The position numbers and the translations under genes are program-made. Source: Bacteroidales bacterium (GTDB taxonomy: Bacteria; Bacteroidota; Bacteroidia; Bacteroidales; UBA932). Taken from it: 64,000 bases of DNA. Under the pieces are notes generated by a model. The model had not been told where the DNA came from and made no database searches. It was given only the letters and a program-made list of their open reading frames with translations. The DNA lies in the NCBI GenBank assembly GCA_029007435.1, contig JAQXHU010000122.1, forward strand, positions 4,063 through 68,062, in the 5' to 3' direction. Shown piece after piece: positions 56,652 through 64,000 of the stretch; position 1 is the stretch's first letter, and every line of letters starts with the position of its first letter.

Positions 56652-58127
56652 TTAATAGCCAGGATTCTGGTCTTTCACAGGATCGAGCGCCTCGTTGTAG
56701 AGGAACTCATTTTCAGGAATAGGGAACAGATAAAGATTAGGATTTATTGTCCTTCCCTTGTATTCCTTGACATATTTTTCAGCAAGCCCGGTCCTCACGA
56801 GGAAAGGCCAGCGTTTCGTCTCGCCCCAGAACTCGTAGCACTGCTCTTTGACAATAAGTTCCATAAACTTGTCCTTTGTAGAGTAATCAGACAGGACATA
56901 GTCATCAGCAGATGCAACCATAGGATCGTGACCATATGCGCGGCGGTGAATCATATTCACACACTCCATAGCCTCGGCATTAGGCGAGCCTCCCTGGCTC
57001 AGGGCCTCGGCATACATCATCAGGACATCCGCATAACGGTACATTGGGTTGTCGCAGTTTCCGTCTGCACTTGCTGCATCCGGATCAATGAACTTGGTTG
57101 TAAGACCGTCAAGAACAACATCTCCGAAGTTGCCCTGCCCAGGATATTCGAGAATGCAGTATTCTCTTCTCAGGTCGGCTGTATCCCAGTTCTGGACCCA
57201 TTTGTTGCTCATACTGAGAGAGAGAGCAAACCATCCGCCTGCTCCACTCATCTTCATTCCATCTTTCCTTGCATTCGGATGAGCATAATACATCACAATT
57301 TGCCATCCTTGATTGCCAGTACGTGAAGTCTTTACATAGAAGATCTCTTCCGAGGATATTACATTTTCGTGCCCGAAAAGATTGTCGAAATCCCTGTGAG
57401 TCGAGACTTTGACCAGCGAATACTCCTTGCTGTCAATGACTGCCTTGAGCAGAGGGGCAGCATTGTTGTACTCCTTTCTTGTCAAATAAACATGGGCAAG
57501 AAGAGTCCTTGCGGCGTTCTTTCCAGGGCGCCCGAGCTGCTTTGCCTTGTCAGGGCAATTCTCGACCGCGTATTTGAGGTCTGAAATCACAAGATTCCAT
57601 ATATCCTCGACTGGTGACATGGGAAGGTTCCATGTTTCAAGGTTCTCCTCGGTGCGGAGGACACCCTTTCCCCAGAAACGTGCGATGTCAAAATAGGCAA
57701 GAGCCCGGAAAAATTTCGCTTCTGCGATATACTGGGTCTTCTGCTCGTCAGAAAGATTCTTAGCTCCCGGAAACTTTGATATACAGATGTTCGCATCGCG
57801 AATTATACGGTAAGTATTAATCCAGACTGTGGTTACACGATTCTTATTCTGCTCGTTGAGAATATCGTATGTGCTGTTCGCCTGCCAGGAACCGCGGCCA
57901 TAGTTGTAATCAGCGAAACACTCCATAAATGCAGACATCTCGGCGGACGCTCTGACATTGCGCACACGCATCACACAGGCTTCGATTGCAGCCTCAGCAT
58001 CGCTTTCAGTGTTGTAGAAAGTATCCACAGCTATTGCCTTCGGATGCTCTTCCAGCCATTCGTTGCAGGAAGAAAGCATTGGCACGGCAAGCACTGCCGC
58101 CAAAATATACAGTATATTCTTTTTCAT
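56652..58127 (-). CDS. SusD/RagB family lipoprotein
   Basis: Lipobox LSSC, AEAKFFRALAYF, YRYADVLMMYAEA, EFWGETKRW, LFPIP, QNPGY. Confidence 0.94.
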   Translation of the reverse strand: MKKNILYILAAVLAVPMLSSCNEWLEEHPKAIAVDTFYNTESDAEAAIEACVMRVRNVRASAEMSAFMECFADYNYGRGSWQANSTYDILNEQNKNRVTTVWINTYRIIRDANICISKFPGAKNLSDEQKTQYIAEAKFFRALAYFDIARFWGKGVLRTEENLETWNLPMSPVEDIWNLVISDLKYAVENCPDKAKQLGRPGKNAARTLLAHVYLTRKEYNNAAPLLKAVIDSKEYSLVKVSTHRDFDNLFGHENVISSEEIFYVKTSRTGNQGWQIVMYYAHPNARKDGMKMSGAGGWFALSLSMSNKWVQNWDTADLRREYCILEYPGQGNFGDVVLDGLTTKFIDPDAASADGNCDNPMYRYADVLMMYAEALSQGGSPNAEAMECVNMIHRRAYGHDPMVASADDYVLSDYSTKDKFMELIVKEQCYEFWGETKRWPFLVRTGLAEKYVKEYKGRTINPNLYLFPIPENEFLYNEALDPVKDQNPGY

Positions 58128-58141
58128 AATCATTAAATTGC

Positions 58142-61100
58142 TTAGAATTTTATACTTGCTCCTATTGAGAATGACTTGTTCATCGGATATGAGTTCTGGT
58201 CTATACCGAGAGTAATATCACTCGCATATGAGTTCACCTCAGGATCAAGGCCCCTGTACTTGGTGATTGTCAGGAGGTTCTGTGCGCTGATATACAGTGT
58301 CAGATGATCAATCCATTCAGCCCTCTTGATCGGGAAGGTATATCCAAGCTGAATATTCTTGAGACGGAGATATGAACCGTCCTCAATGAATCTGTCGCTA
58401 TGCTTAAGCGGCTGGTTCTGTGTGATTTTAGGATATTTTGCCTTTGCATTCTGTTCCGGAGTGTTGGATGCATCCCAGTGACTGTAGAGCACATCCTTGC
58501 GCATATTAAGACCCATTCCGTAGTCACAGAACTGGGCGTCCGCGAGGTTGTAAACGTCATTTCCGTAAGTTCCGGTCCACACCATGCTCAGGTAAGCGTT
58601 CTTATATGAGAGGGTGGTATTGAAACCATAAGTGAAGAGAGGATTAGGATTTCCGAGAATCTTCCTGTCGGCGTCAGTATATTTGCCATCTTCATTCTGG
58701 TCCACATATTTGTAGCTTCCTTTCTCATCGTAGCCGTCAGTCTCATACACATAGAACACACCCATAGGCTCGCCCTCACGGATAAGGTTGACAACTCCGT
58801 CTATGATGATAAGGCCCATACTGCTGCCGTAGAGGTCATTGCCGCCGGCAAGTTTCTCAACCCTGTTCTTATTGAAAGAGATGTTTGCTGATGCTGACCA
58901 GTTCCAGTCCTTTGTGCTGATAATCTCACCCTCGAGGAGGAGTTCAAGTCCGCGGTTGCTCATCGAGCCGATGTTCTTCAGGGTCGAGCCGTAACCGCTT
59001 GACAGAGGAAGATGGACTGAGTTGAGCAGGTCAGTGGTGAGTTTATAGTACAGGTCGGCAGTGAAACGCAGTCGGTTGTTGAACATCGCGAGGTCAACAC
59101 CAACATCCACCTGTGAAGTCTGCTCCCATCTCAATGAGCCCGGATAAGTCGTGCTCGGAGTGAAGAATGTGACGATATTTCCTCCGCCTACAGGAGTGGA
59201 ACCTGATGCGAGCATATTCTGGGTTGCATATGGGCTGATGGCCGTAGAACCCGTGACACCGTAACCTGCGCGTATCTTCAAGTCAGTAATCTGGGATACG
59301 GATTTGAGCCAAGGCTCTTCAGACATACGCCAGGCAATGGCACCTGAAGGGAATACACCCCATTTGTTACCCTCGCTATAGCGGCTTGAACCGTCGGCGC
59401 GGACGCTGGCCGTCAGGAGGTATTTGCCCTTATATGAATAGTTTACACGGGCGAGCCAGGACATCAAAGCCCATTTGGAATAGCCTGACCAAGGAATACC
59501 CGGAGTTTCGGCGGCTGATAAGTTCCACGGACCCATCGCATCGCTGAGGTAACCGTTTCCTGAACCGCCTAACGATTTGGTAACATTCTGCTGGTAAGTG
59601 AATCCAGCCATAATGTTCAGGTCGTGGTTTCCGCCCAAAGTCACACTGTAGTTTGCAATGTTCTCATTGATTGCGTTGGTGCTACGGGTGTGGCTTACAG
59701 ATGCCGTTGTGCCGCCGTACAGATACTTCGAATTCCTATAAGTATCGGACATATAGTCGTTGTTCTCAAGACCGAAAGAAGTGCGGAATGAGAAACCCTT
59801 GAAAGGCTTTACGGTCAGGGCGGCCTGGGCGTCCACCAGGTTGGCTGCGGTTTTGGTATCAGCAGCATCGATGATGTTGATAGGATTGACCATCGCATTG
59901 CTCATGAACGGATACGCCAGCTGGAGGTTGTTGTATTTGCCCTCTTCATCAAAAGGTTCAAGTGTAGGAGGAGCGAGCAGGGCCGCAGTTGTCACTGAAC
60001 CGCCACGGTTTACGACATCGAATCCGAACCGGGTACAGTGGTTCGTATGGGTATAACCGAGTTTCACGCTCAGGTTGAAATACTTGCTGATGTCCGTATC
60101 AATGGATGAACGGATATTGAACTTGTTGTAATCCGTAGTCTTGATGATACCGTCACGGAGCATTGCCGAACCGCTTACATTGAATCTGGTCTTGTCATTG
60201 CCACCTGATACTGTCACATTGTGGTTCTGGACCGTAGCCGGACTATATACCGCATCCTGCCAGTCATAACCTTTCCCCGCATTGGCTATCTGCTCATCGG
60301 TAAAGTAGGCTTTGCCCACGTCATTGAGCTGCTGTATGTTGATGAGCTGCATATACTCGCTTGCATCAAGCATATCCATCTTCTTGCGGAGAGTCTGGAC
60401 ACCCACTTCTCCATTGTATTCCACAGTGGTCTTGCCTGAATGGCCGCCTTTTGTCGTGATGAGAATCACGCCGTTGGCTCCCCTTGAACCGTAGATGGCT
60501 GTCGCGGATGCATCTTTCAGGACCTCGATTGACTGTATGTCGTGAGCATTCACGGCAGAAGCGTTTGAAGGCATACCGTCAATGATATAGAGCGGCGAGT
60601 TGTCTCCCCTGATGGAGTTGGCGCCTCTTACGCGGATATTGAAACTTCCGTTAGGAGAACCCGAGGTGCTTGTGATGTTCACACCGGCAACCTTTCCCTG
60701 AAGAGCCATAATAGGATTGGACACCGTGTACTCGGTCAGGTCCTTGGATTTTACAGAAGAAACCGATCCTGTGAGATCCCTTTTCTTGACTGTGCCATAA
60801 CCGATGACCACCAGCTCGTCCAGATAATTGCTGTCCTCCTTGAGAACGACCTCGACATAGCTGCTTCCGTTTGTCTTCACCTCCTGGTCAACATAACCGA
60901 GATATGAGACGAGAAGAGTTGCGTTTTCAGACACATTGTTCAGGGAAACAGAACCGTTGGCGTCAGTAGTGGCACCGTTGGACGTGCCTTTCACAATCAC
61001 TCCGGCTCCCTGCAAAGCACCGGCTGCGTCCTTGACCACAACAGTAATTTTTTTGCCCTGTTGCTGCTGAACTGCCGGATTCATTCCGTTCTGCCCTGCT

Positions 61101-61213
61101 GCCGCCATAACCGGCATATTCAGGCAGAACATCGCCGCAAAGATCAAGGAAACAGCTTTAGAATAGCTTTTTCCGCGTGGAAACAATCCACCTGTTTTCG
61201 TACTGCGATTCAT
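58142..61213 (-). CDS. SusC/RagA family TonB-dependent transporter
   Basis: LVVIGYGTVKKRDLTGSV, VLKDASATAIYGSRGANGVILITTK, LRWEQT, EDGSYLRLKN, C-terminal Phe. Start set at ATG 61213. Confidence 0.96.
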   Translation of the reverse strand: MNRSTKTGGLFPRGKSYSKAVSLIFAAMFCLNMPVMAAAGQNGMNPAVQQQQGKKITVVVKDAAGALQGAGVIVKGTSNGATTDANGSVSLNNVSENATLLVSYLGYVDQEVKTNGSSYVEVVLKEDSNYLDELVVIGYGTVKKRDLTGSVSSVKSKDLTEYTVSNPIMALQGKVAGVNITSTSGSPNGSFNIRVRGANSIRGDNSPLYIIDGMPSNASAVNAHDIQSIEVLKDASATAIYGSRGANGVILITTKGGHSGKTTVEYNGEVGVQTLRKKMDMLDASEYMQLINIQQLNDVGKAYFTDEQIANAGKGYDWQDAVYSPATVQNHNVTVSGGNDKTRFNVSGSAMLRDGIIKTTDYNKFNIRSSIDTDISKYFNLSVKLGYTHTNHCTRFGFDVVNRGGSVTTAALLAPPTLEPFDEEGKYNNLQLAYPFMSNAMVNPINIIDAADTKTAANLVDAQAALTVKPFKGFSFRTSFGLENNDYMSDTYRNSKYLYGGTTASVSHTRSTNAINENIANYSVTLGGNHDLNIMAGFTYQQNVTKSLGGSGNGYLSDAMGPWNLSAAETPGIPWSGYSKWALMSWLARVNYSYKGKYLLTASVRADGSSRYSEGNKWGVFPSGAIAWRMSEEPWLKSVSQITDLKIRAGYGVTGSTAISPYATQNMLASGSTPVGGGNIVTFFTPSTTYPGSLRWEQTSQVDVGVDLAMFNNRLRFTADLYYKLTTDLLNSVHLPLSSGYGSTLKNIGSMSNRGLELLLEGEIISTKDWNWSASANISFNKNRVEKLAGGNDLYGSSMGLIIIDGVVNLIREGEPMGVFYVYETDGYDEKGSYKYVDQNEDGKYTDADRKILGNPNPLFTYGFNTTLSYKNAYLSMVWTGTYGNDVYNLADAQFCDYGMGLNMRKDVLYSHWDASNTPEQNAKAKYPKITQNQPLKHSDRFIEDGSYLRLKNIQLGYTFPIKRAEWIDHLTLYISAQNLLTITKYRGLDPEVNSYASDITLGIDQNSYPMNKSFSIGASIKF

Positions 61214-61264
61214 AATACTGATTATTAGTTTGAAAATAAATATTATTGATTTGAGCACGAAAGT

Positions 61265-61314
61265 ACCCTTTTCCAAAAACATATCAAACGTTTTTTATGT
61301 TTTCGGGAAAGGGT
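61265..61314. repeat. 50-bp imperfect palindrome upstream of locus 2 susC
   Basis: ACCCTTTTCCAAAAACATA-TCAAACGTTTTT-TATGTTTTCGGGAAAGGGT; arms match at 17 of 19 positions and the centre AAACGTTT is itself palindromic. Confidence 0.85.
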
Positions 61315-61339
61315 TTTAGAATATAAAATCCAGTTTGGT

Positions 61340-62449
61340 TTATCTGAGAATCACGCAGACAGGATGGGAGATAAGAATGTCCTTGCCTGTGTCGGTGAGG
61401 AGCCCCGTCTCCGGATTTCTTTCGAAAACCTGGATGACATTGCTGTCACGGCAGGCGGCAAGGATGTATCTGCCGTTGGGCGTGATGGCAAAATTCCTCG
61501 GATGAATGGCTGTATCCTGATATCCCACTTTCTCTAGCGAGCCGGCTGCGGCATCTTGCTTGAAAATTGCTATACCGTCACCCTGGAGACGGTTGCTGGC
61601 GTACAGGAATTTCCCGTCAGGAGAGAAATGGATGTCCGCGCTTCCTGCGGCATTGAGCGAGTCGGCCTGGAAGCTTGCCGTCAGCATCAGTTCTCCGCCA
61701 GCATCAATCCTGAACGAAATCACATTGCCGCCAAGTTCTGTCAGCACATACATAAACCGTCCATCTTTCGAATATGTGAAATGCCTGGGGCCTTCTCCGG
61801 GAGGCAGGGACCACTTGGTATAGTCAGAAAGAATGATTTTCCCGTCATCCACTCCGTACGAGTGAATGCAGTCTCCGCCCAGGTCAATGACATACAGATG
61901 TTTCCCGTCAGGACTGAGCTGCGATGAGTGAATATGGGAAGAGGTCTGGCGTACGGGATTGGGACCGCTTCCAGAATATTCAACGGCTGTTCCGGGCAAA
62001 AGGGTTCCGTCATCAGCCAGAGGGAATACGGTCATTGAACCCGAATTGTAATTGGCCGTCACGACCTCCTTTCCGACAATTGTGACGTGGCAGGGGCTCT
62101 TTCCGAGGGCGGGCTGCGAATTGAGAATCTTCATTTCACCTGTCTCCATATCAAGGGACAGGGAGGACACGGCGGCGTCTATTCGCTGTTCCGTGACGGC
62201 ATACACGGTCCTGTTGTCCGCCGAGACTGCAAGGAAAGAAGGATTCGGCACTGAAGCCACGGAAAGAGGTCGGCATTCGCCTGTCTCCTGGTTGAAACGC
62301 AGGGAATAAAGGCCTTCACTCTCCGTATCGGTATATGTTCCCACTAAAAGCATCAGCTCCTGTTTCTCGCTGCTGCAGGACATCAGTGCAGATGACAGCA
62401 TAACACATTCCATCGCTCTTTTCATACTATCAAATATTTTTAGATTCAT
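61340..62449 (-). CDS. Lactonase family 7-bladed propeller (6-phosphogluconolactonase-like), probable lipoprotein
   Basis: LLVGTYT, NPSFL, ANYNSG, HIH, DLGGD, GPRH, YASNR, HPRNF; possible lipobox LMSC. Start could be 62449 or 62425. Confidence 0.88.
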   Translation of the reverse strand: MNLKIFDSMKRAMECVMLSSALMSCSSEKQELMLLVGTYTDTESEGLYSLRFNQETGECRPLSVASVPNPSFLAVSADNRTVYAVTEQRIDAAVSSLSLDMETGEMKILNSQPALGKSPCHVTIVGKEVVTANYNSGSMTVFPLADDGTLLPGTAVEYSGSGPNPVRQTSSHIHSSQLSPDGKHLYVIDLGGDCIHSYGVDDGKIILSDYTKWSLPPGEGPRHFTYSKDGRFMYVLTELGGNVISFRIDAGGELMLTASFQADSLNAAGSADIHFSPDGKFLYASNRLQGDGIAIFKQDAAAGSLEKVGYQDTAIHPRNFAITPNGRYILAACRDSNVIQVFERNPETGLLTDTGKDILISHPVCVILR

Positions 62450-62558
62450 AAAAATAGATTTAACAGTTGCAAAGAAAGCTGACGGTTCTGAAATCACAAG
62501 ATAATCGGCACCGTATTTTACATTATTGAATTCAAATCCCGCTTTTCAGCGCCTGGAT

Positions 62559-62600
62559 AAAAAAGGATGACCTGAGCCGTATGGACTCCGGTCATCCTTT
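62559..62600 (-). terminator. Rho-independent terminator of gdhA
   Basis: Minus strand AAAGGATGACCGGAG-loop-CTCAGGTCATCCTTTTTT. Confidence 0.8.
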
Positions 62601-62620
62601 ATGTGAATATTCGCCGTCAA

Positions 62621-63964
62621 CTAAATGATGCCCTGGGCGAGCATAGCCTCGGCGACTTTCATAAAGCCGGCGATGTTGGCGCCCTTGACATAGTTGATGT
62701 AGCCGTCAGGCTGGGTGCCGTATTTCACGCAGGACGCGTGGATGGAATCCATAATGCTGTGGAGTTTCTCGTCCACTTCCTTTGCCGTCCAGCTGATGTG
62801 CATTGCGTTCTGGGTCATCTCGAGACCTGATGTAGCCACTCCGCCGGCGTTGACAGCCTTGCCAGGAGCGAACATTATGCCAGCCTTCTGGAATGCCTCG
62901 ATTGCACCCGGCTGGCAACCCATATTGGACACCTCAAGACAGCACCAGGTGCCGTTTGCGATAAGCTCGTTCGCATCCTCTGCAGACATCTCATTCTGGA
63001 ATGCGCAGGTCATTGCTATATCACACTTCACGCTCCAGGCCTTCTTGCCAGGAATGAACTGTGCGTCAGGGAATTTCTCTGCGAACGGGGCCACTACATC
63101 ATTATTGGAAGCGCGGAGCTCAAGCATATAGTCGAGTTTCTCCTGAGTCATTCCGTTAGGGTTGTAGATAACTCCGTCAGGACCGGAAATCGCAACGACT
63201 TTTCCGCCAAGTTCAGTTGCTTTCACGCAGACACCCCAGGAAACATTGCCGAAACCGGAAACCGCGATGGTCTTGCCCTTTACGTCAAGGTTGGCATCGT
63301 GATGATGGAGCATATGCTCAAGGAAGTAAACAGCGCCGAAACCGGTAGCCTCAGGACGGATGAGAGAGCCGCCGTACTGGATGCCCTTTCCGGTGAGCAC
63401 GCCGTTATGCTCGCGGGTGAGTTTCTTGTACATTCCCTCAAGGAAACCGATTTCACGTCCGCCGACTCCGATATCTCCGGCAGGAACATCCATATCAGGA
63501 CCTATATTTCTCCAGAGTTCAAGCATGAAGGCCTGGCAGAATCTCATTATTTCAGCGTCAGATTTGCCCTTCGGGTTGAAATCCGAACCGCCTTTACCGC
63601 CGCCCATAGGAAGGGTGGTGAGCGAGTTCTTGAATGTCTGTTCGAATCCGAGGAACTTCAGGATTGAAAGATTCACAGAAGGATGGAAACGCAGACCTCC
63701 CTTGTAAGGTCCGATGGCGTTGTTGAACTGAACCCTGTAACCGGTGTTGGTCTGGACCTCGCCGTTGTCATCCACCCAGGTAACACGGAAAGAGAGAACC
63801 CTGTCAGGTTCCACGATGCGCTCGATAATCTTCGCATCTTCGAATTCAGGGTGTTTGTTATAGACATCCTCTATTGACTCAAGTACTTCACGTACAGCCT
63901 GGAGATATTCTTTCTCTCCTGCGTACTTGGCCTGAAGCCTGGCCATTATTTCTTCAGTTCTCAT
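62621..63964 (-). CDS. gdhA: NADP-specific glutamate dehydrogenase
   Basis: GPYKGGLRFHPSVN, PMGGGKGGSDF, DVPAGDIGVG, RPEATGFG, NAGGVATSGLEM. Confidence 0.96.
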   Translation of the reverse strand: MRTEEIMARLQAKYAGEKEYLQAVREVLESIEDVYNKHPEFEDAKIIERIVEPDRVLSFRVTWVDDNGEVQTNTGYRVQFNNAIGPYKGGLRFHPSVNLSILKFLGFEQTFKNSLTTLPMGGGKGGSDFNPKGKSDAEIMRFCQAFMLELWRNIGPDMDVPAGDIGVGGREIGFLEGMYKKLTREHNGVLTGKGIQYGGSLIRPEATGFGAVYFLEHMLHHHDANLDVKGKTIAVSGFGNVSWGVCVKATELGGKVVAISGPDGVIYNPNGMTQEKLDYMLELRASNNDVVAPFAEKFPDAQFIPGKKAWSVKCDIAMTCAFQNEMSAEDANELIANGTWCCLEVSNMGCQPGAIEAFQKAGIMFAPGKAVNAGGVATSGLEMTQNAMHISWTAKEVDEKLHSIMDSIHASCVKYGTQPDGYINYVKGANIAGFMKVAEAMLAQGII

Positions 63965-64000
63965 AAATGTATATTAATTATGTTGTTGGTCTCAATTTCA

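Noticed and set aside
61265-61314. The palindrome as an invertible promoter
   Set aside because: The 12-bp spacer is far too short, and no recombinase gene is in the window.
1-64000. CRISPR arrays, tRNA/rRNA genes, IS elements, prophage or defence genes
   Set aside because: Intergenic gaps are short and showed no repeat-spacer periodicity or cloverleaf motifs, and no transposase, integrase or phage structural ORF was recognised.

Overview
A 64-kb chromosomal segment from a Bacteroidales bacterium, judged from SusC/SusD pairs, TAnnTTTG promoters and the DUF4295-rpmG-rpmB-ftsY arrangement. In order it holds: the 5' end of a GH3 gene and a collapsed GH20-like remnant; a histidine utilisation operon (fused ftcD, hutU, hutH, hutI); a housekeeping block (ZIP transporter, deoC, radical SAM protein, amidohydrolase, pheT, ftsY, rpmG, rpmB, lepB, rplT, rpmI, infC with an ATC start, thrS); a GT2, a Ca/Na antiporter and an oxidoreductase; class III ribonucleotide reductase (nrdD-nrdG); SusC/D locus 1 (27.4-40.7 kb); a convergent five-gene operon (DASS transporter, DcaP-like porin, apt, Tsx-like DUF5020, NCS2); an IclR regulator; SusC/D locus 2 (47.3-61.2 kb); a lactonase; and gdhA. 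Locus 1 has no recognisable CAZyme. It carries an endonuclease/exonuclease/phosphatase lipoprotein broken at a C9 tract and two BACON-DUF5689 lipoproteins, and is a candidate nucleic-acid or phosphoester utilisation locus. Locus 2 couples two clan GH-A hydrolases to SDR, enolase-family dehydratase and RraA-type aldolase genes plus a CotH kinase, a candidate non-phosphorylative sugar-acid pathway. Several candidate cis-regulatory RNA and DNA elements were also found. No tRNA, rRNA, CRISPR array or IS element was seen. All family assignments come from motif recognition by eye, not from database searches.
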